Virus record (IMG/VR): IMGVR_UViG_3300029571_000009
Coordinates: 1-64,000 of that record
Source: a virus
Length of the DNA: 64,000 bases
Strand: one strand, 5' to 3'
Each line of letters opens with the position of its first letter. Position 1 is the first letter of the stretch. Made by a program: the position numbers and the translations under genes. Positions 48,549-58,141 of this stretch are shown here, piece after piece. The notes beneath the pieces are model-generated. The model was given only the letters and a program-made list of their open reading frames with translations. It was not told the origin of the DNA and searched no databases.

Positions 48549-48863
48549 TTACCATTCTGGTGTTTGTAATTTCAATACGTCCTTCATGGTAAGTTCCATT
48601 CTTTCAATCTTACTCTTCATTTCCACTAACTTTACCTGCATATATGCTTCTTTTTGTGTTTCAAAAAAGCCTTCATAAGCAAAGTCTTTAAGATTAGATA
48701 ACAGTTCATCTGCACCAAATTCTTTTATTGCATATTCAGAAAACACACCCTGAGACAATGCGTAATTATTTCCGTATTTCTTTTTCTCGTTGGTGTTTAA
48801 TTCGTAGATTCCCCAACTACTTCCTAATAACTCATTCCTTTTAATTTCTTGTACTAATTTCAT
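48549..48863 (-). CDS. hypothetical protein
   Basis: 104 aa ORF. Confidence 0.45.
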   Translation of the reverse strand: MKLVQEIKRNELLGSSWGIYELNTNEKKKYGNNYALSQGVFSEYAIKEFGADELLSNLKDFAYEGFFETQKEAYMQVKLVEMKSKIERMELTMKDVLKLQTPEW

Positions 48864-48901
48864 TCTTCTTACCTTCCTTTCTAATCCAAGAAAACACGCA
48901 T

Positions 48902-49213
48902 TTATTGTGCATTATAATGTTTAGAAATTCTGTTAAACACATCTTCTGCTGTAAGCCATCCTACAACGTCATCACATTCACTTTCTTCATTTGTAAGTAG
49001 TCCCATAAGTTCTAACTTGTCATCGTTTCTTCCGTAACTTCCATCATGCTCAATTACAGAACAAACAAACTCTCCTTCATTTCTATTTGGATATGCTAAT
49101 GCAGCTCCATTTAAAAATCCATTTTCAAAAACATACGGAATTCCTGCTACATCAAGTAAATTCCGCAATTTATAAATTTCCTTATAACATTCTCTTACCA
49201 TTATTTTCCTCAC
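48902..49213 (-). CDS. hypothetical protein
   Basis: 103 aa ORF. Confidence 0.45.
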   Translation of the reverse strand: MRKIMVRECYKEIYKLRNLLDVAGIPYVFENGFLNGAALAYPNRNEGEFVCSVIEHDGSYGRNDDKLELMGLLTNEESECDDVVGWLTAEDVFNRISKHYNAQ

Positions 49214-49239
49214 GTTCCAAAAGAAATATCCATTTCTAA

Positions 49240-49440
49240 TTAATCATTGTTCCATTCACCATTTAACACTTTATTTATTTTTACTTTGTTTATGTCCTGG
49301 TCGTTAAGAGTAATAGATGAAATGCCTTTAAATTTCTCAATTAACTCTTCTCTTGGCATAGTCCAATCAAACACTCTTAAATATGTCATTACATCTTCTT
49401 TTTTCACATATTCTCCGCTCGTGAAATCATCATATTTCAT
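49240..49440 (-). CDS. hypothetical protein
   Basis: start trimmed to the ATG at 49440 (GGAGA RBS) to remove a 164 nt overlap with 49469..49987. Confidence 0.4.
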   Translation of the reverse strand: MKYDDFTSGEYVKKEDVMTYLRVFDWTMPREELIEKFKGISSITLNDQDINKVKINKVLNGEWNND

Positions 49441-49468
49441 TTTATTTTCTCCAATCTTTCCTATGTTT

Positions 49469-49987
49469 TTACACATACTCATTGTTATACCAAACAGCTC
49501 CTTTCGCATCTTCATATAATCTGGCAATTTGTATACAGTCTGAATTTCCATAACCTTTATTAAGTTCCTTACAAAACTCTTCATAAGATAACTCCGTTCT
49601 ACAGTTATCATCAAAGTCACTCTCAAACTCACAATAATCTTTATAGGCTTCTCTTCTGTTTCCTACTTTGATAAATGTTGACATATCCATATTTTCATTT
49701 ATCTTATAAATAACAATCGAAGTTTCAACAACCTGTGAAAAATTATCTTTTATGAACTTCCTTATGTATTCTATTTCCTTATCATTTTTATATCTTGTGT
49801 CGTATCTAATATCATATGAATTAGTGTTTGAATATCCCTTCTCTTTTTCAGTAACATTGAATTTTATTACCTTGCCATTTCCATACTGAAAACACTTGCT
49901 TTCACTTATTTCCACTGTTCCTAACATAGTATATTTTTCATCATTGCAATCTTTTCCGCTAAATTCTAAATTATATTTCATAATCAT
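49469..49987 (-). CDS. hypothetical protein
   Basis: 172 aa ORF. Confidence 0.5.
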   Translation of the reverse strand: MIMKYNLEFSGKDCNDEKYTMLGTVEISESKCFQYGNGKVIKFNVTEKEKGYSNTNSYDIRYDTRYKNDKEIEYIRKFIKDNFSQVVETSIVIYKINENMDMSTFIKVGNRREAYKDYCEFESDFDDNCRTELSYEEFCKELNKGYGNSDCIQIARLYEDAKGAVWYNNEYV

Positions 49988-49993
49988 TCTCCT

Positions 49994-50470
49994 TCATTCT
50001 TTCTCACTTTCTATGCTGTTTGCACCATCAGAGAACCCATCATCATATCCCTTATTGTACATAGGATTCTCGAACTTTGTGTTTGCTATTGGACTATCTT
50101 CTTCAATACCGAACCACTCTTTCTCTTTATCTGTCATCTCACAACAATTTTCGAAAAATTCAAACGCATTTTCTCTATCATCAGAAATAAGTCCATCTTT
50201 AAAAAGTGTTGCAAGTTCTTCCAATCTTGTCCGTGAAATATAATTCTTATTTACTTTTTCAAACAGCTTTTCAGTTGCTTTATTAAGTGCAACTAATTTC
50301 TCTTTGTCGTTTGAAAACATGTAATACACACCATATTCCCACTGTCTACCCCATCTTTGGGATGAATCATAACCGCAAGCAACAATATAATTATCACTTG
50401 TTTCAATAAGAGAGAACTTTTTGCCTTTTGTGTTTGATACCACTAATATTTCTCTATGATTTTCTTTCAT
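49994..50470 (-). CDS. hypothetical protein
   Basis: 158 aa ORF. Confidence 0.5.
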   Translation of the reverse strand: MKENHREILVVSNTKGKKFSLIETSDNYIVACGYDSSQRWGRQWEYGVYYMFSNDKEKLVALNKATEKLFEKVNKNYISRTRLEELATLFKDGLISDDRENAFEFFENCCEMTDKEKEWFGIEEDSPIANTKFENPMYNKGYDDGFSDGANSIESEKE

Positions 50471-50471
50471 A

Positions 50472-50678
50472 TCACACCTCCAAGTTATACTCTTTAATTA
50501 ATCTCTGTCTTACCATGTCGTTTAAATCTTTATTAACAGGCATTATCCTATGCGTATTTCTGTTGATATATACGAAATGACTTCCCTTGCACCTTGTCGG
50601 CGTATATCCATTCTTCCGTAATATCATATCAAAGTCACGCATTCGCTTTGACTTTCTAAAATTGTGCATAAATCTCAC
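50472..50678 (-). CDS. hypothetical basic protein
   Basis: 68 aa ORF. Confidence 0.4.
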   Translation of the reverse strand: MRFMHNFRKSKRMRDFDMILRKNGYTPTRCKGSHFVYINRNTHRIMPVNKDLNDMVRQRLIKEYNLEV

Positions 50679-50734
50679 TCCTTTCTGTTACCCGTATAGC
50701 CTGATAGTGCAGCTTTATATGTATATGTTCTCTC

Positions 50735-51667
50735 TTATGCTGTTCTCTTCTTGATAAATATAACCTTTGTACCTTCAATCACTCTTGACTGTTCAAGTCC
50801 AAGTCCTTCTACAATCATATCCTCAACATAAAGAGATACCGCTGTTCTAAAATCTAAAATAGGATATTTTGCACAAGCATTTGCCTTTAAATTTTCTGGT
50901 GTAATTTTTCTAAACTCATTTGATAAAAAACTCTTTGTTTCGCTTCTATCCTGTGCATATAACTTATACATATCTCTTAATGCACGAGTTATATAACTTA
51001 CATATCCGCTATGTTTTCTATCAAATCCAGAATCTCTTATTATGTCATATACATATTCTGCACAAGCTCCATTGTCGATTGAACAGAGACTCAATGCTTC
51101 TGTATATGAACCAAGAACTCCACTTCCTCTATTACCTGCATTTTCTCTATACTCAAAGCCATAGATATTTTTCATTTTTTCAAGTGTTTCCGTTGCTGGA
51201 TCATGTAATACAAGCATTGCACCATGCTTCTGAATTGGCGTTACCTTTCTAACTGATACACCCTGAAATGCATATAATTCAGCTTCAAATGCAACTCTTT
51301 CAGAATCTTCCGTTGGTGCATTTAAAATTAGTTGCACCTTTAAATCCTTATATTTATCCTTATCTACAATCTGACTTGCAATCCATCTTCCATAACCATC
51401 AACTATATACACTTTGCCTTCTTCCCAATGTGGTACACCAAGTAAAGGCATGAGCTTTCTTTCATCCCAATTATTAGTTAGATATTTTAAATCCCTTTCC
51501 GTTCTTTCGTCTGTCTGATACCGTGAATCAACTTCCATTAACTCAACAGGTATTCTAATAATTGCAATGTCTTCATGTATATCAGTGTATGCCTTTGTAA
51601 GACCTTCTAACTTGTCAACACTTCCCTTTGACTTTCTTCCTGTTACTACTTCAAACATTTTGCACAT
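50735..51667 (-). CDS. ParB/sulfiredoxin-fold nuclease-like protein
   Basis: IVDGYGRWIA motif (ParB N-terminal DGxxR-type). Confidence 0.5.
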   Translation of the reverse strand: MCKMFEVVTGRKSKGSVDKLEGLTKAYTDIHEDIAIIRIPVELMEVDSRYQTDERTERDLKYLTNNWDERKLMPLLGVPHWEEGKVYIVDGYGRWIASQIVDKDKYKDLKVQLILNAPTEDSERVAFEAELYAFQGVSVRKVTPIQKHGAMLVLHDPATETLEKMKNIYGFEYRENAGNRGSGVLGSYTEALSLCSIDNGACAEYVYDIIRDSGFDRKHSGYVSYITRALRDMYKLYAQDRSETKSFLSNEFRKITPENLKANACAKYPILDFRTAVSLYVEDMIVEGLGLEQSRVIEGTKVIFIKKRTA

Positions 51668-52008
51668 AATTAACTACCTCTTTTCTTTTAATATTTTTGA
51701 TATGTATTTTAAGTAAAAAATAACGGCTCGCTTTCGCTTGCCGTTTAGTTACTAGACTTTTCAAACACTCCTGACATGAGCATATCTGTTTTCCAACACT
51801 CAAAATCTGGATATTCTGTTTTGTCTACCATATTTCTGTAGACTTCATGCATTTGCTTTTCTGTAAATGTTTTGCATTTAAGTGGTTCTTCATATGTGAT
51901 ATACATTACACTTCACCTCTTTCTTTTAGATAATTTCTGTATTCAACTTCGCTTTCAAACTGCTGATATTTGCATATACTTGGCACAAATCCCATATAAG
52001 CAAATCCG

Positions 52009-52242
52009 TTATAATATCCCTTCATGTATTATCCTCCTTGCAAAATTCTTTACCTTGTCAATGATTGTTGGCTCGACTGCCTTCTGCCATCTCTTTTGCC
52101 TTTCTGAAAAATATAGGCTGTTTTCTACATTGATATAATCCATCATCTGTAGTGGTGTTAATGAGTTGTATGGAGTTGATAGAGTACTATCTATTATTTC
52201 AGCTCCGTTTGCCTTAATGATTCTAAAATTAAATGCTTCCAT
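52009..52242 (-). CDS. hypothetical protein
   Basis: 77 aa ORF. Confidence 0.35.
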   Translation of the reverse strand: MEAFNFRIIKANGAEIIDSTLSTPYNSLTPLQMMDYINVENSLYFSERQKRWQKAVEPTIIDKVKNFARRIIHEGIL

Positions 52243-52563
52243 TTTTTATACCTCCTTTAATCTTGCATCACGCATAATCCGTGAGATTTCGTTTTCTGTT
52301 TTTGCGTTATGAATCTGCATTATCACTTCATCCGAATAACACAAATCTCTTGCTGTTGTAATTGTCGTTCTCTTGTAATTGTAGGTTTCTTTTGACATAG
52401 TTATATTCTCCCTTCTTTATTTTACAAAACCCGAATATTGAGCTTTAATAATTGTGTCGTCATAGATGATATCTGTATAATTGTCGTACATTATTAATGA
52501 GCAGATATCTCCCTTGATCCAATCTTCTGTCTTTGCAGTTTGCTTTGGGTGCTTTCTTGAATA

Positions 52564-52821
52564 TTATAATTCTTCTAAGTCTGCAAGATTATGTCTGAAT
52601 CTTGTTCGACTATTGGTTTTACTGTCTACAACAGTATATTTCCCTTTCTCTTCATTGATATAGAATCCATCTTTGTTTACTTTTGATGTTTTCCATTTAT
52701 AGCCTTCGTTTTCACATTCTTTCCATGCCACCTTTTCGGCATTTACTGAATACTGCCTTTTAAGTTCTTCTTTGTTCATAGTATTAACCCTCCTATATAA
52801 TTTATATTTTATTTTCGACAT
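52564..52821 (-). CDS. hypothetical basic protein
   Basis: 85 aa ORF. Confidence 0.4.
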   Translation of the reverse strand: MSKIKYKLYRRVNTMNKEELKRQYSVNAEKVAWKECENEGYKWKTSKVNKDGFYINEEKGKYTVVDSKTNSRTRFRHNLADLEEL

Positions 52822-52830
52822 TAAATGTCA

Positions 52831-52911
52831 ATGTGCTTGTAGGAATCGAACCTACTGATAAGTATAATGTTGTTAGCATTATATTATTCACCACATATAA
52901 GCACAAATAAG
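52831..52911 (-). ncRNA. tRNA-like element (degenerate tRNA or tRNA-derived fragment)
   Basis: perfect T-arm GTAGG-TTCGATT-CCTAC; acceptor TGTGCTT/AAGCACA; candidate anticodon stem TAATG/CATTA with loop CTAACAA (would read AAC); D-arm does not fold canonically. Confidence 0.3.
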
Positions 52912-53943
52912 ATAAGTAGCCCTCACATCCTCTGTTATATATTCACTTATTTCCTATTAGGTAGACCTCAAACATTAAATGGTATATTCACTTATTACTT
53001 ATCATCAGGTGACTAACCCTTATGCAGTCAACAGTTTATTATTTTAATTCGCTCCAACTGTTACGAATACCTTACACTGTTTTATACAAACCGATTGCAA
53101 GACATACGGTTTTATCAGTGACATTATTCTCGAACTGATTACAGAATATACTATCAACCTAGTTACACTAGACAGTAGGATTTATAGGCAGGGATTGTAC
53201 TGCTCATACCTCATACACGAATGTAGATAGATACATTCAACATTAGTGTTACCACTAATTCTTGTGTATTGTTCCACTAGCAACTTTTCAAATAACCAAG
53301 CATAAGTTTTCATCGTTTTACCGAAACGCCAGTCGCTAACTATATACTGAGCTATCGAATCATTGTTAATTTTTATGATAGTGAATTGTGTCAATCACTC
53401 ACTATATTTGTACCAAGATGCTATGTGATAGTGTTTACACACTATGTATTATGTACTTGCCACCAGCCACCACTTTTCATGCGCTGTTCACCAAGTTTTC
53501 CCGAATATAGAGTTTATATTCGCTGACCTAGCCACTTGGGAGTGCTCCGTAACACCCTTGTCAGCCCTATACGACATCTCCTCGTTTATGGTTCTCGCAA
53601 ACCACACCCTTGACCGTTCAATCATATGTATTCTTGTAGTGTTGTGCTGATAGTTTAGAGCAGAACATCTACTTGTCCACAAAACCTGAAGTCTATCGTC
53701 ACCTACTTATTAACGCACACCTCCTAACTAGGTTGTATTTTGTGTAAGTGTATTGATGTCGTGTGTAGGTTAATCACACTAGAATACACATACAGTAACC
53801 TTTATGCATTGCGTCTTTAAATTTTGGGTGACTTTAATAGACCGTTTGGGAAGAACTGTCGTACCTCTACGGCTTATCACGGTTTTATTTGTATTGCGTT
53901 TAATGTTATGTATTTTTATTGACTTATGGGTTGAGTAAAAAAG

Positions 53944-54047
53944 AACCCTATCTTGACGAAAATGTAAGTCAAAAATAGGGTTGATGATGGAGAACCCATC
54001 ACAAAATGATGATGTAGATTTTGTGACCTACCCACTCAAAGAGTGGG
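53944..54047. other. cluster of three perfect hairpins inside the ORF-free 52.9-54.1 kb island
   Basis: H1 AACCCTA...TAGGGTT with nested TTGAC...GTCAA (53944-53982); H2 TCACAAAAT-gatgatgtag-ATTTTGTGA (53999-54026); H3 CCCACTC-aaa-GAGTGGG (54031-54047). Confidence 0.5.
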
Positions 54048-54089
54048 TAACGCACTAGGCTTGACACGGTTTATACTCGCCTAGTCGAG

Positions 54090-54527
54090 TTATTTAACCA
54101 TACGGCTCTGCTGATTATCCATGAATTTTGTAGCATCTTCAGCAGACTTGAACTCGTAAATCTGCACATACTTGTCATCCTTTGCAAGTGCGTCATATGT
54201 CTTGTTGCCCTTGCCAAGCTTAGTTGCACCAAAGTCTTCGGTCGCAGACATCTTGATGGCAAACCTAGCCTTGCTTGACAGAAATGCACCCTTGATTGTA
54301 CGGACGAACTTGCCATCGCACTCAAGAGAGCCGACAATCCGTGTAGACTTCTTAGATGCTGTCTTAGGCTCTGACTTAGGTGTTGTGTCTTTAGGTGTCT
54401 CTGTCTTAGGCTGTTCAACTGCTCCAAGTCCTAAGAGTTTAGCGATTTTCTGTGCTTCTGTAGCGTTAATCTGATAAGCTACTCCATTAACGATAACTGC
54501 ATTCTTTAATTCTTTCATAATTACCAA
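54090..54527 (-). CDS. hypothetical protein; first gene of the leftward block, GC-richer than its neighbours
   Basis: 145 aa ORF; track start is TTG, an in-frame ATG lies at 54516 (MKELKN...); alternative frame 54071..54427 rejected. Confidence 0.5.
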   Translation of the reverse strand: MVIMKELKNAVIVNGVAYQINATEAQKIAKLLGLGAVEQPKTETPKDTTPKSEPKTASKKSTRIVGSLECDGKFVRTIKGAFLSSKARFAIKMSATEDFGATKLGKGNKTYDALAKDDKYVQIYEFKSAEDATKFMDNQQSRMVK

Positions 54528-54739
54528 CCTTTCTGTCTCATCTTAGAGACTTAAAAAAATATTTTTTGTTCACTGAACTGCTCGTCAGCCGTTCAGCTTG
54601 GCTACACCTTATCACAAAAAAATTCTGCTTGTTTCGGTGCAAAACTTCCAAAAATGCTTATTTTTCGTGGTTTTGAGTATGGCGAGAATGGGGGTGGCAA
54701 AAACGGATTAAACCCTTATGAAATGTAAAACCAGGTATA

Positions 54740-55545
54740 GCAGGTTTATTTACACACCAAGTCAAAAAATTTTTTATTAAAAATAAATTATCTTATTCTC
54801 AATCCATTAAATCCCCAATAAAATCAAGCAAAATCCCAATTTTCCCATCTCAAATCCCTTATCGTACCCCATATCGCTCAAACCTACTAACCAAGCCACT
54901 TTCACCCATCTTACAATCCAAAAATCAAACTTTCATTTCATCAAAAATTCACTCACAAATCCAAAATTATCCTTATTTATAAGCACTTTTACCGATAACC
55001 ATTTTTAATCCAGAATCATCATTATAATCAATTACATAAATCATAAATCTCTAATCAACAATAAGGGGGCTACATAAAAACCACATCAAAAAATCTAAAA
55101 TTACCTATATACATCACAAAAACAGCCAAAAAAATCCAATACAAACCATAAAAAAATCCTACTATAGCAATACTCAAAAATTCCATTTCTCATCTAAACC
55201 CTCTATCACGCCCATACACAGTCTTTTCATTCCACCCTACCAATAATACCTAAAATCATTTTTACCCACCTAAATGCTCAAAATACAAGGTCAATTTTTT
55301 ACATCACCCAAAATTACATTAACTATCTATATACATTCACATACATTTACTATAAATAATATTATCAATTCTCACGCCTATATAAAAATCCACTCTCACA
55401 GCTCAAATTTCAATTTTTACCCTCTACCCTAACAACTAGCCACCTGACATATAAAAATCCAAAATAGACTCAAAATCATACATTTTTTGCCTTATATCCC
55501 ATGTAAAGAATTTTATCTTAAAACAAATTTAAAAAAGAGAATATA
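54740..55545 (+). other. about 0.8 kb G-depleted (C+A-rich) noncoding tract at the strand-switch point; candidate origin or early-promoter/Rho-utilisation region
   Basis: no ORF of 60 aa or more on either strand; strong strand asymmetry on the plus strand (very few G, abundant A/C); repeated ATATAAAAATCC-like words. Confidence 0.45.
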
Positions 55546-55581
55546 AAATTGTATAAAACACATTTCTAAGGAGGGTTTCAA

Positions 55582-56556
55582 ATGAATACATATTTAATAC
55601 CAACAACAGCAGCATATTGTTATGAACCATATGATTACATTTATTTTGTTTATGCTGATACACCACAAGAAGCTTATATAAAAGCATGTACGAAATTACA
55701 AGGAGAATATATACCACTTGAATCACAAGAATATGAATTATATCCATTTAAATTGTACAAGCCAGATGATACAGATATTTTCCCGTTCCATGAATCAAGA
55801 AAATATGATATACTTACAGAAGCATTTAAAAATACAGAAGGAGCAGAATATATGGCGTATTTCAATGTAAACTGGAATGATTATATAGAAGATCTAATTA
55901 AAATAGCAGATAAAGAAAATTGGTCTAATGATACATACCCTAATAATAAAATTCTTACAAATTATATGGTTCACACATATAAAAAATTATCTTCTGAAAA
56001 GAACGTAATTATTAATAATGAATATGCACTATTTAACACAGGACTTTTTACCGAATTCTATCAACCAATATACGCATATCAAGATAAAAGCAAAAATGGA
56101 TTAAAGTTTCTTACATCATATGATTTAGGAAATATGAATATTTCTGAACGCCCACCAAGAGCAAATTATTTTGATGATCCATCTCTCTTATTATTTGATT
56201 GGCACTACGAAATAAACATTAATTATAAACATATATTGAAAGATATTAATAATATTGAAAGAATTCCCGAAAAGCTTAAAGATAGCAAAAATATTCTTAA
56301 CAATCTCAATGGTTCAATAGAAACTATGAAGAAGCGAGTATCAGCTAATTATAAATTGGCAATACCACAATATTATGAAAACAAGATTCAGTTATTACTT
56401 CCATTATGCTTAGAGGATGATACTACTCCGTCATTAGCCTTAACCGTAACTAAAGTAGGAAATTATTATCAAGGTCACACATGTTTAACACTTGATATGG
56501 CATATAATAATGCTCGTCTTATTGCAAAACCAGAATCTAACTGGTTATCAATATAA
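55582..56556 (+). CDS. hypothetical protein; first rightward gene
   Basis: 324 aa ORF with an AAGGAGGG RBS. Confidence 0.6.
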   Translation: MNTYLIPTTAAYCYEPYDYIYFVYADTPQEAYIKACTKLQGEYIPLESQEYELYPFKLYKPDDTDIFPFHESRKYDILTEAFKNTEGAEYMAYFNVNWNDYIEDLIKIADKENWSNDTYPNNKILTNYMVHTYKKLSSEKNVIINNEYALFNTGLFTEFYQPIYAYQDKSKNGLKFLTSYDLGNMNISERPPRANYFDDPSLLLFDWHYEININYKHILKDINNIERIPEKLKDSKNILNNLNGSIETMKKRVSANYKLAIPQYYENKIQLLLPLCLEDDTTPSLALTVTKVGNYYQGHTCLTLDMAYNNARLIAKPESNWLSI

Positions 56557-56577
56557 ATCAAATAAACATAAAAAATT

Positions 56578-56610
56578 AACAGGCGGTAATTAAGCTGTCT
56601 GTTTTTTTAT
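56578..56610 (+). terminator. rho-independent terminator
   Basis: hairpin AACAGGCGG...GCTGTCTGTT followed by T7. Confidence 0.55.
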
Positions 56611-57144
56611 TGCATAAATTTATATTATTCTCCACTATTCTATTTAAAAATTCATAAATTCAAATTCATATAAGAGAATAATCTATTGTAAATAATCATC
56701 ACACCACTCTTGCCAAACAAAAAATAATAAATTTTAAAGGAGGACTCATTATGGGTGGGTAACTTAACATTAATTACAACAGAAACATTTAATAACTTAT
56801 CATGTAACTTTTATAGAAATATATTTGATGAATTAGCATATTAAATCACTTCTCAATCTATTTAGGGAGAAAAAATCACACCTCACAGAAAAAATTAGCC
56901 ACTTTTATCTCATACCCTTATAAGTTATCACCTAAGACATAAAAATTGAAATTCACCCTCAAAATCGTTAATTTACTCCACAGATAGGGGGTATGAGAAA
57001 ACTATATACAAGCTCAAAAAGATAGTATGTGCGTAAGCACAAGATGTAGCCCTTTGATAAGGGCGGTCTTTTCGCAGCGTTAGCAAGAAAAGAACATCTG
57101 TGGGATAGACAATTGAAGAGAATAATATATCAAAGGAGTAATCT

Positions 57145-57423
57145 ATGATACAAGATGATATATCAAAATATCTTAAACAAAAAGAAAGCAATATTTCAAA
57201 GAGCAATCGCAAATCAAGGCACAAACATCAATATAAAGAATGTTTAATTCAATTTCCGATTGCATTTACAGGGAAAACATTCATAAACACAAAGTTATAT
57301 GGATATTGTTCCATCTGTGGAAAAATAGGTTCAGTTAAGAATGGAAAATTTAAAGCTGAATTAGAGCAATTAGAAAAATCAAGACAAGGTAACAATAGTT
57401 TTCTTATTGCTATATCAGGTTAA
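57145..57423 (+). CDS. hypothetical basic protein with CxxC
   Basis: 92 aa ORF with an AAAGGAG RBS. Confidence 0.45.
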   Translation: MIQDDISKYLKQKESNISKSNRKSRHKHQYKECLIQFPIAFTGKTFINTKLYGYCSICGKIGSVKNGKFKAELEQLEKSRQGNNSFLIAISG

Positions 57424-57544
57424 AAAATATATGAAAGATATCATAATAAGTTACCTATATTTTTTATTGAAGATTCATTTGCTGATTATGTTGTTTTAGA
57501 AAAAGAGAATAATACAGAGAATAATTCAAAAGGAGAATGATATT

Positions 57545-57751
57545 ATGAAAAAATCAATTTTATTTAAAAGAACAAGAAAATCCGTTGCCAAGAAACTATC
57601 TAATCATATTTATATAGATATTATTAATAGCCATGATACAAAATTAATAATAGATAACTTCACATTATTAGAACTTATTTATATTGAAAGAGCATTAAAG
57701 AAATTGGATTCTATGTCAGAAGAAGAAATTCAAGAATTAAATATAGAATAA
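57545..57751 (+). CDS. hypothetical protein
   Basis: 68 aa ORF with an AAAGGAGAA RBS. Confidence 0.45.
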   Translation: MKKSILFKRTRKSVAKKLSNHIYIDIINSHDTKLIIDNFTLLELIYIERALKKLDSMSEEEIQELNIE

Positions 57752-57760
57752 TTTCACATA

Positions 57761-58004
57761 GGTACATCTCATATGTACCCAAATGAAAACGTTAATCAAA
57801 AACACCATGTACCTAAACCAATCAATAACAATCAAACAAAAAATTATAGAGCTTGTATGAAGCGTAAGCGAAATACAAGCGTAATATTCTTCTCTTGATA
57901 ATATGAGTCTATATAGATATTGACCTACACAAATCCACACCTGACATGTACCCAAATGAAGAAAATTTTTACTTTTGGGTACGTCATACATGTACCCAAA
58001 TGAA
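57761..58004. repeat. iteron/palindrome cluster: three direct copies of ATGTACCCAAATGAA (57773, 57946, 57990) plus inverted partners GGTACAT (57761) and TTTGGGTAC (57974)
   Basis: exact 15-mer repeats read in the sequence; copies 2 and 3 are 44 bp apart; partial fourth copy CATGTACCTAAACC at 57806; lies just upstream of the parB-like gene. Confidence 0.6.
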
Positions 58005-58141
58005 TTTTTGACAATTTCATATAAATGCAATTTTTAATGTTTGTGCGAATTCAAATGGAGAATATACTATTAAACCACTTATTACACACTCTCGCACAAA
58101 ATTGTAACTGTAAATTATGTTTTAGAAGAAAGGATTTTAAA

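Noticed and set aside
51780-51905. Possible 54-aa minus-strand ORF between 51667 and 52009
   Set aside because: Below the size threshold, no motif and no clear RBS; left uncalled.
54071-54427. Alternative-frame ORF overlapping 54090..54527
   Set aside because: Arg/Ser/Leu-rich low-complexity translation entirely inside the other frame, which reads like a normal protein.
56737-56763. MGG tripeptide mini-ORF as a real gene
   Set aside because: Too short to call a gene; kept only as a possible leader/attenuator element in the finding on the 56.6-57.1 kb region.
57761-58004. Possible CRISPR array
   Set aside because: Only three 15-bp direct repeats with unequal spacing, mixed with inverted copies, and no cas genes; fits iterons or operators, not CRISPR.
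57737-58030. 97-aa minus-strand ORF over the iteron region
   Set aside because: It spans the repeat/palindrome cluster, has no RBS, and runs opposite to the local plus-strand gene array; a by-product of the repeats.
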